Shown here in pieces: positions 38,006 to 52,400 of a stretch of DNA of 64,000 bases. The notes beneath the pieces are model-generated. The model was not told where the DNA came from. It searched no databases and was given only the letters and a program-made list of their open reading frames with translations. This stretch comes from the human T2T-CHM13v2.0 reference genome, Homo sapiens, in assembly GCF_009914755.1 (NCBI RefSeq), contig NC_060932.1; one strand, given 5' to 3'. Position 1 is the first letter of the stretch; every line of letters starts with the position of its first letter. The position numbers and the translations under genes were made by a program.

Positions 38006-38388
38006 TGTCTTGGGTTATTTTGTGCTGCTATAACAGAATATCTGAGACTGGATAATTTATGAAGAACAGAAATTTATTCTCTCTCATGATTCTTGGAGGC
38101 TGGAAAGTCCAAGATCAAGGCTTCATCTGGTGAGGGCCTTTTTACTGTATCCTCACGTGGCAGAAGACAGAAGGGCAAGAGAGGGACAAACTCTTTGTCC
38201 TTACATGGCAAAAGGGCAAAAGACAGAACCCATTCCTCCAAGCCCTTTCATAGAGGCACTAATCCATTCGTGAGGTTGGAGCTTTCATGACCTAAACACT
38301 TCCCAAAACACCCTGCCTCCCAACACTTTTGTATTGGGGATAAAGCTTCCAACAAATGAATTTTGGGGGACACATTCAGACCATAGCA
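38006..38388 (-). mobile_element. MLT1A/MST-type MaLR solo LTR
   Basis: GCTGCTATAACAGAATATCTGAGACTGG...GGGGGACACATTCAGACCATAGCA; TSD TTTTG/TTATG. Confidence 0.85.
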
Positions 38389-38534
38389 TTATGATTTCTA
38401 GATTTTCATATGACAGTTTAATTTTTTTTTTTTTTTTTTTTTTTTTTTGGTAAGTAGGCAAATAGAATAAGCTGAGGAAAACATTTTTTTTAAAAAAGTC
38501 AATTACTTTGTGTTTATGAAGTAGGGTCACAGGG

Positions 38535-39269
38535 TATATTAGGCCAATCTTGCATTGCAATAAAGAAAGGCCAGGGACAATGGCTTAAATGTCTGTAGTC
38601 CCGTCTGTATTCCTGGCACTTTGGGAGGCCGAGGCGGGCAGATAATGAGGTCAGGAATTCAAAACCAGCTTGGCCAACATGGTGAAACCCCGTCTCTTAA
38701 AGAAACAATTAGCCGGGTGTGGTGGCATGTGCCTGTGATCCCAGCTACTTGGGAGGCTGAGGCAGGAGAATTAACGTGAACTTGGGAGGCAGAGGTTGTG
38801 GTGAGCCGAGATGCACCATTGCACTCCAACTTGGGTGACAGGGCAAGACTCTGTCTCAAAAAAAAAAAAAAAAAAAAAAAAAGAAAGAAAGAAATACCTG
38901 AGACTGGGTAATTTATAACGAAGAGGTTAGCTGTCTCAGGGTTCTGCAGACTTTATAGGAAGCATGGTGCTGGCCTCTTCTCAGCTTCTGGGGAGGACTC
39001 AGGAAGCTTACAATCATGGCAGAAGATGAAGGGGGAGTAAGCACATCACATGGCAGATGCAGGAGAGAGACAGAGAGACAGAAAGAGAGAGAGAAAGGTG
39101 CCAAACACTTTTAAATAACCAAATGTCATGGGAACTCACTATCACAAAGACAACACCAAGCCATGAAGGATCTGCCTCCATGATCACCTCCCACCAGGCC
39201 CCACCTCCAGCACTGGGGATTACAATTCAACATGAGATTTGGGCAGGGACAAACAGCCAAACCATATCA
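38535..39269 (-). mobile_element. MST (MSTA/B-like) solo LTR, interrupted by Alu
   Basis: TATTAGGCC...TTGCATTGC...AAACCATATCA; perfect 5-bp TSD CAGGG. Confidence 0.88.
38569..38893 (+). mobile_element. AluS inside MST LTR
   Basis: Dimeric Alu with a 12-bp internal duplication (GTCTGTAGTCCC/GTCTGTATTCCT); A/GAAA tail; AAAGAAA TSD. Confidence 0.92.
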
Positions 39270-40814
39270 CAGGGTAACTCAAGCAAACCCTTACTTGTTC
39301 TTGAAAACTTAACTCATGTGCCACTTTTATGCGGCCTTTCATATCTTTTAACCATTCTACATGTTTTTCCTTTGTGTTTTCATAACAATCTGTGTATTTT
39401 ACCATTATCATAGCATTATTATAAATCAAGAATAGTTGACTTACCTTTACCTGCCTCCTCCTAAACTGGAAGCAAGTAGAAGGAAGACTGTGTCTTATAA
39501 CTTCAGTACCTAATAGGATGTATAGAATATTGTAGATATTTAATTAAATCCTTACAAGCTAAGTGATGTGATCTTAATTTCAAGGAACAAAAGGATAATT
39601 GTGTACACTGCTGGGCATAATGGTTAGCACTTAACTTTGGGGTAACTACCAAGGCAAAGCCTTCATTAGGCTAATGACAGTCCAAGGTAAATGATATCAG
39701 TTGCAACCTCAAATATAAGGATAAGAGGTTTTAGGATTTAAATGAGGATTACACATTGGACTTAACCATCTCTATTAAAAGAGAGCAACTGGCATGAGTG
39801 ATAGTGCTTCAAAAATAAAGGACATTATAGTATATATTGTGTATATATACCTACATATACACTGTATATATGTCTATCATATATATGTGATGTATACATA
39901 TTATAATGTATACATATAATAACCTCATTGTCACGTTATACAACATGTTATGCACGACTCATTATATGCATAACTCATTAGATAATGTTACCATAAGATT
40001 TGAGGTGCTGGGATCTAGTATTTTTTTTCTCTTATTTGCTTTAATATCAGCTGGAGTTCAGAAGTGGTATTTGGCAAAACCTCTGAGAATCTAAAGAGTT
40101 GATTATAGTTTACAAGCTGACCAGTTACCATCCAGTGCATCTAGGTTTCTTAACAAATCACAATTTGTGAAGCTACGGTGTTTTCCATTCAAGAGATTTT
40201 TTGAACATCTACCATGTGAAAAAGTACCAGGTGCCATTAAAGTGCTAGGCACTGTAGGGGAATAGAAAGATGAATTACACATGAATCTTGTCCTTAGGGA
40301 AGAGTGAGATGAAATATCTGCCATTTCTTTGTTGCACATACCTCCACATACTGAAGGATAATGCAAACTGAACCTCTGTCCTGAAGAGTGAGTCATGCTT
40401 CCTTGGTGGAGATCTCAGAGCCTGGAAAGTCTTCTAACCTGACAGTGTCATGTCTGTTCTTCCCACTGATTGTTCCCAGAAGTGGCTGCTTTCTTCAATT
40501 CTTGAAATTGTTCCTGTAGGTGTACCACTCATTAGGAAAGATCCCAACTATCTCAGCACTTTTCAAAGCCAGTGTTGTTTGAAGTCTCCTGCTGGTTGTC
40601 CCAACCTGCAGTTCTTCGAGTCTCATGGGCTTATAATCAACTTGCACTGTACTCCCAGTCCCTTCTCATTTCCTTGTTTTGCCCTGAAGCAATCAATTGT
40701 TCTATCAACTTTCGCTTAGCTACAGGTGAGTTCTCCAAAGATCTCTTTCTTACCCTGTTCCTAAAAGCAGGCATAAAAAGAATTAGTGATCGCCTCAGGC
40801 TCTTTTAGGTATTG

Positions 40815-40990
40815 ATAATGATGATGATAGTACTAATAATGATATTAGTAATATGTATTGAGGGCTAAAAATAGGTGAGTTCCCATTCTAAGTGATTGGC
40901 AGATTTTTTCTCATTTGTTCCTTGTAACTGTGGAAGGAAGATGGCATTATTATTACATTTTAAGATAAGTAACCTAGTCAAAGAGAAGTT
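40815..40990 (-). mobile_element. MIR
   Basis: ATAATGATG...TATGTATTGAGGGCT...CATTTTAAGATAAG...AGAGAAGTTAAGTTCTTGCC. Confidence 0.6.
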
Positions 40991-41812
40991 AAGTTCTTGC
41001 CTATCACCTTCCTCATTTCTTAGCACCACCTATAAAACCAGCCCCATATTGAGTTCTGGTTTTCTCATAAGCTTCCTATGATTGACTGAACTCTAGCGAT
41101 CACCTGTTTGTGTTGATGAATAGTAGTAAGGCCAGTGTACATATTAGGGACTAAATATCATCTCTGGCTGTCATGCTCTCCTTGGACAAGCAGTGAATGT
41201 TTGTATGGTTCTTGAGCTTGTATCAAAGGCTGAGGCAGGTTTAAGAGAGGAAAGATAACACTGGAACAAGAGTAGTCTCAGGTTATGACACCTGTCTTTG
41301 CCCATGCTAGTATGAGTGTTTCTAATTTTTGTCTTATAATGGTCATGTATTTATTTTGAACTGAATTGGTAACAGATGCTGTATGAATATTGCTTTTCCT
41401 TGAAAAAGTTAGTCTTCATCTCTAGGAGGAGTCCAAGCACACCCTAGAGCTGTGATGGTAACGCTACTCAACATTATCACTGCTGTTTAGAGGCACTTAG
41501 GCCTGAAACTGTATGTGTTTCATGTGCATTATTTCACTTAATCCTCATAAAAACCTCAGGAGGTTGATTCCACTGTATTATGAATACAGTAATCTGTATA
41601 TAGCAATCCGTGTGGCTGATTACTCATTCCTTTATAAAATGACTTGAACCTCATGACTGGGAAGACATTAGATGAATGGACTCAGATTTTATTTTATTTT
41701 ATTTTACTTTGTCTTTGATTATATAATTTTATTTTATCTTATATCAGATATATTATTTTTTCTTGGATTAGATAATTTTCCTAAGGAGGAGGATCCTACC
41801 ACTTACTAAATA

Positions 41813-42159
41813 CAGTAATGTGTCCCTTAATGACAGGGCAGCATTCTGAGAAATGCATCTTTAGTTGATTTCATTGTTATGTGAACATCATAGAGTGTGC
41901 TTACACAAACCTAGATGGTACAGCCCATTATACACCTTGGCTATATGGTATAGACTATTGTTCCTAGACTACAAATCTGTACAGTATGTTATTGTACCGA
42001 ATACTGTAGGCAGTTGTAACACAATGGTAAGTATTGTGTATCTAAATATTGCTAAACATAGAAAAGGTATAGTAAAAACACAGTATTATAATCTTATGGG
42101 ACCACTGTCTTATATGCCATACATAGTTGACTAAAATGTCATCATGCCATGTATGACTG
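41813..42159 (+). mobile_element. Tigger3a (MER7A)
   Basis: CAGTAATGTGTC...TTCTGAGAAATGC...ACACAAACCTAGATGG...ATGACTG; TA TSDs. Confidence 0.88.
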
Positions 42160-42639
42160 TACCTGCTGTTTGGGGGACACTATCCTAGCTGTTTCCAAAT
42201 AGTTTCTTATTTCTACCAACCTTATGATTTAGGTTAAATATGGATTTAGAATGTGTTTTCAAACATGCACAACTCTTTGCCTAAGAACACCTTGGGAAAG
42301 GAGTAGGGAGAAATCTATAAGATAAAGGAAATGAACAAAAAGTGGTGAGGGGACTTAATGAATATGGAGCAAATGTTTAACATGGAGAAGAGATCTTTGC
42401 CAGCAAGCTATTGCCCTGGCAGATACATAAACTTTATCCTGTGGGAGGCAATGATCTGGCGACAAACCAAATGTAAAACTTGCAAAGGAATATTGCAATA
42501 AAATTCGGCTGGTAGTCAACAGCAATTTTTCTTATAATAAGTATGATTTGTTTCTCTGCCTTCTCTATCAGATATGCTTCTGCTTATTTATGCATAACAA
42601 GTAGGGATGGGGGAAAAATAAGTCCTTACAATAGGAATC

Positions 42640-42990
42640 TGTATTAGTCTGTTCTTATGCTGCTAACAAAGACATACCCAAGACTGGGTAATTTATAAAG
42701 AAAAAGAGGTTTAATGGACTCACAGATCCACATGGCTAGAGAGGCCTCACAATCATGGCAGAAGGCAAAGGATGAGCAAAGGCACATCTTACATGGAGGC
42801 AGGCAAGAGAACGTGTGCCGGGGAACTGCCCTTTATAAAACCATCAGATCTTGTGAGACTTATTCACTATCAAGATAATAGCACAGGAAAAACCCGTCCC
42901 CATGATTCAATTACCTCCCACGACATGTGGGGATTATGGGAGCTACAGTTCAAGATGAGAATTTGTTGGGGACCCAGCCAGACCATATCA
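42640..42990 (-). mobile_element. THE1 (B/C-like) solo LTR
   Basis: TGTATTAGTC...CCATATCA; perfect TSD GAATC. Confidence 0.93.
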
Positions 42991-43383
42991 GAATCAATCA
43001 TGATAATAAAGTCTCTGTCTCTATAATGCCGATGTTTTCTGCAGTATTTTATGAAAGCGAGTGGGATGGAATAGAATGCAGTGGAATAGAAAATATGCAA
43101 AGGTGGATACTCAGAGCCATAAATATTGACAGATGGAAGATGCACATAGCTGATTTGAGCTATAGTGTCAAATAATACTTTTTTATTGCAAGAAAAACTT
43201 TCTGGAGGAAAAAAAACAAAACAAATAAACAAACAAACAAACAAACAAAAAACCACCCCAGAACAAAAGCAATTGTGTTTATTGGCAGAAGGATAAAACC
43301 TTTACTAATCTGTCCAGATTGAAACACGTTCTTTTCTTTCCCCTTCAGTGACCCTGAAAAACAAAACATGAGAAAGATGCATT

Positions 43384-43414
<31 letters not shown>

Positions 43415-43494
43415 CTATGTGTATTTTGTATGTATGTGTGTGTTATATGTAATAACATTGCTTATTTAATCTCACACATATACAGATATACAAT

Positions 43495-43880
43495 GAGTTG
43501 GGATAAGCTAGACAATATTGTACGTTAACAATCAAACCCCAAATCTCAGTGTTTTAGACCACAAAAGTTCATTGCTCACTCATGTGAACTTACTTTATCA
43601 CTTTGTGTTCATCGCAGATTAACTGCACCTCTCCTTTACCTCATTTCATTCTGGACTGAGGCTGACATTGTAGCCTATACCTGTAATACTACCTATCTTT
43701 TAACAGAGAGAAAGATAAGAACATGGCAGACCTCATACTAGATTTAAGAGCTTCTGCTCACATGAATCAATTCTTTCTACATGTCATTTTGTCAAAGCAA
43801 CTTAATGTCAGCATGGGACAAGTATATATAATCCTCTTGTAGAAAATATTTTTGAATAGTAATGCAAGCTGCTACAGTAT
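43495..43880 (-). mobile_element. MLT1 (I/J-like) LTR relic
   Basis: GGATAAGCTAG...AACCCCAAATCTCAGTG...TTGCTCACTCATG...CAAAGCAA. Confidence 0.55.
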
Positions 43881-46777
43881 AGTAGCACATTAGAGTGATA
43901 CACAAAACTAATACTGTATCTGTTGGAGAGAGTATTGGTGAGTGTTGAATGTGTTGTAGTTTTCAGAATGTAATTGTACCCAGGGCAACTGTTCCATCTG
44001 ATACTAGGTGTGTACTTTTTTTTCCAGGTGGTTGGGGTGATGTTGATAGTAACAGAATCTTGCTTTGTGGCATTAGCCTCATTTATTCTCATATACTCTT
44101 TCTCTTTATTCTTCATATTAATGTCATTGTGACACTATTTCTATATTATAAAGCTCACTCCCAATATTTTTAAATCAACAGATACTTATTGAGGACTGAC
44201 TTTGTGTCAGGCACCTTGCCGCATGCTTGACTATATGTTGATCTCATTCAGAAACACTGTTTCTTAGTGATTTAAGGCCTGAAGTAAATAGTTAATTTTA
44301 GATAAAAAAACACATTGATGAAGGACTATAGTGCATGAATGAAACTACATCACAGTTTTGTGGGAAGAGATGGACACGTTGTAGAAAATTTCACAGAGTG
44401 CTTGGGACCATAGTTACAGAGAAAGATTGATGGGATTTTGTCAGAAGTCAAGGAAGAAGTGGGGTGAAAGCCTTCTAGGCAAAGAAATCAGTATAAAGAA
44501 GAGCATATAAATGTAAAGCATGTCTGAGAAATAAAACTAGTTCTTTATAGTTATGGTATAGAATTTGGGGAAAGCATAAAGATACATCTGAATATATGCA
44601 ATAAGAGAAATTGGAGATATTTGAAACAATTCATCATCTCTATCTAGAAAGGTCAATCTTCCTGAACTTCTGAGTATTCTCACTGGCACCTCTGACTGTG
44701 CAGTCTGACCTCTTCATTTTTACTCACCCTTTTCAATTGAGCAGTGTCCCAGGGTGAGTCCCATGGTTGCTTTGTATGTATTAACTTTGATTAATTTGAG
44801 CCCTGCATTTCCCATTTTCTATGACTACCTAAGATTTATACTTCAGCATCTTTATTATGGCTTATTCCATTTGGATAGAGTGACCTAGCTCCAATGAGTG
44901 GCCTAAAAGATGACCCTCCTCTAACTTTCTCATGTTGATTTCTATATTTCTGTCCAACATATACAATGTCTCCTGTTATACTAGATCCTACAGTTAACGT
45001 GTTTACAAAAATGAATTAATTCAACAAAATGAGTCATTTGCAACATGAAATGCACCGTGAATCATTGTTTTTCTGCTGTTCTACAAATATTCGACCCAAG
45101 GCATTCAATAACTCATGTGTGGCATAAGGACTGTGCTGTACAGACATTTCAGAAACAGATCGAAAGGTAACCTGCTAGGAAAACCATCATTGCTTTAGTT
45201 ACTTTTTCATAAAAGTTAGTGGTATGGATATTGCACAAGAAGCTCCTGTGCATTATCTTTTTGAAGAGATTCAATTGAATTGAGGTTGAGAACACTATGT
45301 ATCAATGCTTTACTTTCCACTAGGGAGAAACAATCTCTTCATACACTGCCTTCCAGGGTATATTTCTGCAGAAATTAGTTGGACAATGTTCTTCTTTTTC
45401 CCAACTCTTTTTCATTTTTATATCTGGATTAGATGATGGATAGTTTGGGTTTAGAACTGGAATATTTCAGAGTGACTCAAACCCATATGTTTTAAAATGT
45501 GACAATTTTAGGTACAAAAATGTAAGTGATAAAATGCATGTCATATAAAAGATGCGGCTATAAACCAGCATTTTTGACTTTCAATAGTGTTTTGGGGGGC
45601 ATAACTGTAAAATTGCCCCAGAATAAGAACAGTGAATGCATTACCTGGAGCCAAAGATTTGAAGAAGCAGCGCTTGTCACTGATAGGGTGTTGTTTATAA
45701 ATTTTGCAGTCACTTTATATTTCAGCTATGCTTACGTACTGATTTCACTACTTAGAAAATTGAGTCATTTATTTGAGAGTTGAGGTGGCTTCCATGTTAT
45801 ATATGCAGAATACAACAACTATTTAAAATTTATTCTAATAATTTGCTTTTTCTATTTTGATTGATTTCAATACTCAGTCAGTAGGAAAATAAAAAAGATG
45901 TATTTGGGCTTTGAAATTTACAGGGACTGGGAGCTCAGTCAGGTTTTGAACTTCAGGTTTAGGCCCATCTAACTTTTGTAATGCAGTTGTGTAGAAGAGC
46001 AAGGTTTGTATTGAACAAACCTGCCTCTGAATCCCTGCTGTGATGCCCTTGTTAGCAAATTTTATCCAATCAAGACACCATTGATTGTAAATAGTACCCA
46101 GACTTTAGGGATGCAAAGAATCTGATAAATATATAGTACCTGTCTGATTTTGGTAAGTTAAGTAATAACCTCTTTGAACTTTAATTTCCTTATCAGTTAA
46201 AAAGGTAAGTGAATAATGGTATTCTCCTCAGAAAGCTTTCAAGATTTATAGAGATATTCTGGGAGTTATATGACAGAATAGGTAGAAATATCGAGCCTTT
46301 TTTTTCAGGGACTCAGTAAATGCCTCAGTGATTGTAGATAGGTTGTTTATATTTCAAATAAAAACCCTTTTAGGAATGAGAAATAAAATGTAGTCTTGAC
46401 CATCTTTTCCTTCTAAAAGAACATAAAAGTATCACGAGTGAGAATTAAAAGCAGATCAGATAAAAACAAAAGTCAATTTTGTTAAATTACTGATAATAGG
46501 GATAAGAAAGGAGTAACCAAAGAAAGACCTGTCTACTTATAGCAAGCTTGAAGTCACCTGGGAGTGTTGGCCTCCTAACTTTATAAAGAGTTCATGGCCA
46601 TCTGCTGCTATTTTCTAGTCTATTGTCAGTTTTCTTTGTCCCAGGTTCTAGAATCATTCTTCAGTCAAAATAACTTCCTACTATATTTGAATTCAACAAT
46701 TTGTTTTCCCAAAATATTCAGTTTAATAAGTTTCATAGTCAATGGTGGATCTATGCCTTAAAAAAAAATCAATAATC

Positions 46778-47095
<318 letters not shown>

Positions 47096-47153
47096 TTATG
47101 ACCTAGGTATAATATAATGACAGAGAAAATGTAATGGCAGTAAAATATAATGA

Positions 47154-47531
<378 letters not shown>

Positions 47532-47716
47532 GCAAACCTGTTTTTTTTTTTTAAATTACAGATATGAAAACGAAAGCCCTGAATAAGTTAGCCTAATATT
47601 TCAGTTTTTCTATATAGATTGGCTGAATTTTTCTTTAACTTTTAGAAGGCATGCATTTAACATACATACAGAATCAACTTTATTGGATGCTTACTCTGCC
47701 AGGAACTTGGCAATTT

Positions 47717-48014
47717 TTTTTTCTTTCTTTCTTTTTTTTTTTTTTTTTGAGTCAGAGTCTCACTCTGTCGCCCAGGCTGGAGTGCACTGCTGTGATCTAG
47801 GCTCACTGCAAGCTCCGCCTCCCAGGGTCACACCATTGTCCTGCCTCAGCCTCCCGAGTAGCCCGCCACCACGCCCGGCTAATTTTTTGTATTTTTAGTA
47901 GAGACGGGGTTTCACTGTGTTAGCCAGGATGATCTCGGTCTCCTGACCTCATGATCCACCCGCCTTGGCCTCCCAAAGTGCTGGGATTACAGGTGTGAGC
48001 TACCGAGCCCGGCC
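47717..48014 (-). mobile_element. AluY with small internal deletion
   Basis: AluY diagnostics; perfect 15-bp TSD GGAACTTGGCAATTT (47702-47716 and 48015-48029). Confidence 0.96.
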
Positions 48015-48945
48015 GGAACTTGGCAATTTGTATACCTTACTTCATTCAATCATTCAAGGAAACCTACTAAATAGATTAAAAACCAGGATTCAAAGTCACC
48101 GTTGGCATAGCGTTTATGGTACACATGCTCAAAACAGAAAAACCTACATAATGGAATAGTTTATATATTGGAATAAAATGTATAACAATAAACTTGTTTT
48201 AATTAAAATTTAACTAAATATTTTAAAATTGGTGTGGCTTCCTTTCCAATACCCTTCAGGTAAGTATATTTGTGTATGTGTTTCTCCTTCCAAAATTGTG
48301 ATATCTACCAGTGATTTAATAAGTATCATATGTATTTCAGTAATTTTTCGCTTAAGACAAAAGACATCATTATTCACTTCTCTCTTTTTTAGCTATGCAA
48401 ATTATTAACAAATTAATCTGTAAATAGTAAAAAACACTAAAATGCCTTATGTATTTCATTAAATAACATTGCCTTAGTTTTAATTACTTTCACAGGAAAA
48501 TTCATTCAATCAAGTCTTTTCTGACTAGTGATTGTAATCCTGACTAAATGTGTGTTTTATATCAAATCCTCTCTAATTTAGTTTGTTACTGTACCATGTT
48601 TTAATCTGTCTCTCATCTCTAAGTGGTAACTGGACTCTATGCTAAACCAAAATCTTGACTCATCACCTCAAATTCCTAAATATTTATTTATTTTTTTAAA
48701 GGCAAACTGGATTCTTTCTTTTGCTTGAAGACATATTTTCTTGGAAAAGTGTTTTGAATTTGATCATTTCTTCTGTCTGAAGTCAAAGCTTAGAATTATA
48801 TCTAATAAGTAAATTGTCAGACTAGCCAGCTATTCTCAAAAAATGTTGGACATATCATTGTGCATTTTAATTTGAAGTCAGATGAATCCACAGATTTAAA
48901 AATCTTTGAGAACCAGAAGTTCATTTTGTTTTAAAGGCTCTAAGC

Positions 48946-49262
48946 CAGAGCTGTCTACTAGAAATATAATGTGAGCCACATATATAATTTTAAATTTTCT
49001 AGTAGCAACATTAAAAAAGTAAAAAGAAGTAGGTGAAATTATTTGTAACAATACATTTTATCTAGCTCAACGTGTCAAAAATATTTTCTTTTCAATTTGT
49101 AAGGAATACAAAAAAGCATTACTGCAATTTAATTTAACATTTCTTAGATTAAGTCTTCAAAATGTGGTATATATTTTAAATTTACAGCATTATCTCAAAT
49201 TAGCCTCTTTTTAAGGGCTCAGTAGCCACATATGGCTAGTGGTACCCTATTGGACAGCTCAG
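48946..49262 (+). mobile_element. MER33 (hAT-Charlie)
   Basis: GCTGTCTACTAGAAATATAATGTGAGCCACATAT...TAGCCACATATGGCTAGTGG...TTGGACAGC. Confidence 0.85.
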
Positions 49263-50904
49263 GTCTATTTGATGGAACATATATTGGCAGGTTCTACCTT
49301 TTACTCAAGGGAATTTTAGTTTCATGGTTAATTGGCGTTAATTATCAGTAGTAATCATAATGTAACTCACCATAGTTATTACTTTAGCTAATATATGGGC
49401 AGAAGTCCACATGCCTAGTTTAAATAATTCCTTATTTTTGGTTGAGAAAAAGTATAAATATTTATATCAAAATTACCTTTCTACATGACACTTAAAGTAG
49501 TATAATATTTTATAAAGAAAAGAATAAAAACTGGGTTCAGAGATTTTGTGATTTTGCTTTCCAAATTAGAAGAAATTAGGTCCAGGAAAACTATTATGTA
49601 GAGAAGAATCATATTCACTGAAATTGAAGTGTTACACTACTTTCTTTGCCCATGCACTCCATCAATGAATTGTATTTTCATCATTTGACTTTTATGTTTC
49701 ATTCTTTTTTTGGTAGCCAAATTTGTGTTAACAAGTTTTCTTAATCTCCAAAATATATTTTATAAAGAGATAATAAAAAAGTTGATGTGTATTTACAGCT
49801 TAAGGTCCATCATGGGTGAAAGTACACTTTTTCAAACTTTACTTTGGAGAGTCAAATTTAGCTAATAACTGCTTTTAAGGGTTAACATTTCTAGGTAAGG
49901 CAAACACTCAAATTTAAATTAGTTTAGGAGACAGATTTAAATAATTCTTTTCATGACTTTGCTAATATCTCACTACAATAAAAATGATCTTTGATCTATT
50001 TGTATTAACTTGGGAAACATTTGATTAAAATAATATTTAATGATTTATTTAGCTGTGTGGATGGATGATAATTTTCTACATTCATTTTTAATTCCATGCA
50101 TCCCCAAAATACACACCCACCCATTATCCTCTGCAGTGGCTGCTTCTCATGTTTTTTTATCTGCCACTGTTCCCTTTGATTTCTCCAGGCCCAATATCTC
50201 TTCCTAGCAGTGTTCTGTATCTAAGATGCAATTTCTGTTTTATGTATCTGCTTCATTACCATTATGTAACTATATTCCTTGGTACTTCCTTCTGTTTTGT
50301 AACATCTAACGAGGATAGAGAGCATTTTATTTGCTATTTCTAACTCAAAGCCACAGTTTTATACTAGAGAAAAAACTGAGGATTCTTTGTTCTTCTTAAA
50401 TACCTCAGGAGAGGATATAAGAGACTACCCAATTGACTTAGATTTTTAGAAAGCAACATGTTTGAGTTATTTCTTATTTTTAGGTTACCCTTCTTGTGCA
50501 TTTCCCTCCATTCCTTCAGAGCTCTTTTTTTTTTCATTAAAATGCAGTATGAATCTGATTATCTAGATTTTGAAGAGCCAGGGATACTATTATACACATT
50601 AGTTTAAGTTGCACTGAGATGGTTCTCCTCTGGGAACATCTAAGGAATAATTTTCCTGATGGCTGGGGCAATATTAGACATAAGTGTTCAGATTTAATCT
50701 GCACGTAAGATTCAACAATTTTGGATTCACAAAGCACTGATGTACAAATCCTTAAAGTTAATAATTTTATTTCATTCTTATATCATAATACATTGGGTTT
50801 TAAAGCTTCCGGAATCCATTATATCTTGATCTCATTAAACATACACTTAACCTGTGACTAGAAAGCAGGTAATAGGGAGGAGCCAGCTCCCTATTAAAAT
50901 AGTT

Positions 50905-51365
50905 CAAGATATTTACCAAAAGCAAATGGAAAGCTTTGTTTACAAAAATAGCTGTTCATGATGTTCACAGCAGTTTTAATTGTAATAGCTAAAAACTAAA
51001 AAAAAAAAATCCCAAACAAGTTTTACAAATTGTGGTATATTCATAAAATGGAGTACTACTTAGCAATACAGAGAAAATGGTGTACTGTTATACACAAAAA
51101 CATGGATGTCTCCATGACTTTACTTTGAGTGAAAAAATAGTACATTTTGTATGATTCGATTTTTATCAATTTCTAGAACAGACATCAGAAGAGGAGTTAC
51201 TTATAGGCTAAAAGGGAAAGCAAGAGAACTTTCTGGAGTAATGGAGATGTTCTATTTCTTGATTGGGATGTTGGTTACATGGTTGTGTACAACTGCTAAC
51301 CCTTACCCAACTCTACACTTGGTAACTGTGCATTTTGCTCTGTGTAGATTTTATGTAGATTTTCA
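50905..51365 (+). mobile_element. Old L1M (L1ME-like) 3' fragment
   Basis: ATGTTCACAGCAG...ACAAATTGTGGTATATTCAT...GGAGATGTTCTATTTCTTGATTGGG. Confidence 0.7.
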
Positions 51366-51809
51366 AAATAGATTGTAGATGTTAACAAGCTTGTGATAAT
51401 AAAGGAAAATGTTAGCCAGCCAAAGGGAGAGAAATAAAAAGGATTGCCAAGATGGAGGGAGAACTAGAAGCACTTGTAGCTTCACCTTACCTAGCAGGAG
51501 AAGGGGATACCAACTCTACATAAATTTCTAAAAATAATAACAGGATTATCAACAATTGGGAAAAGAAGGAAGGAATAGCATGAATCATCAAGAAACAGCA
51601 TTTTATTCAGAGTTGGTAGCCAACAAGTGACCTAAAATAAGAAAACGTTATAGGAGGTTGCTTCCTGGGAATGGTATGTGAAGGGAGGCGTGGGCATGCC
51701 TCCTTTTCAGTATAAGTTTGTCCATGGATCAAATATGTTACTGTGTATACACAGTGCTTTGATGAAAATAACATTTTAAAGATGTTATGATTTCCCCATT
51801 GTCCCCAGG

Positions 51810-52200
51810 ATAACATTCGAAAGCTTCAATCCTTCATGGTCTGGCGTCCCCTTGCCCCTCTAGCCTTATATTTGCTAGTCCTTTTTCCTCCTCACACTCC
51901 TCATCCACCCATTGTCTTCGGGTTTCCAGAACGTGTCTTACTCTGTTTCATCCTGGGCTTTTTCCTATAATGTTTTCTCAGGTTCAAACACTTAACTCTT
52001 CGGTTCCCATACTCACTGGCCTAAGGGATTTTTTTGTCCTTTTTTTTTTGTTGTTCTGTTTTAATCTGTGTGTATCTACCTCCAGAATGAAAGCATCCTA
52101 AGGGCAGGAACCCTATGTGGATCTTTTGGAAGGTTGCATCCAAACCAGCTATAACAGGTACCTAGGGCTGTAGTTGGTTCCCAGTCATATATTTAAAATG
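51810..52200 (+). mobile_element. L2 fragment
   Basis: CCTTCATGGTCTGGC...AGAATGAAAGCATCCTAAGGGCAGGAACC. Confidence 0.55.
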
Positions 52201-52400
52201 AGTACATAGTTTGACATTTTAAAATAGTAGCATGACTTTAAGAAGCAATGTAAGTGTCGAATTCTAAATCTTTCCCTGTTTGTAGACAGATCTCAAGATG
52301 TTAGGTCAATGGCTACAAAATCTTGGAGTGATATTTCTGAGGATACAGTAAAAGCAGTGATTATCATATGTCCATTTTCTGAAAATAAATGAGGACCACT

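Noticed and set aside
50870-50896. 10-bp perfect hairpin TAATAGGGAG...CTCCCTATTA
   Set aside because: Roughly one such stem is expected by chance in 64 kb; too short for a pre-miRNA and lacks supporting context.
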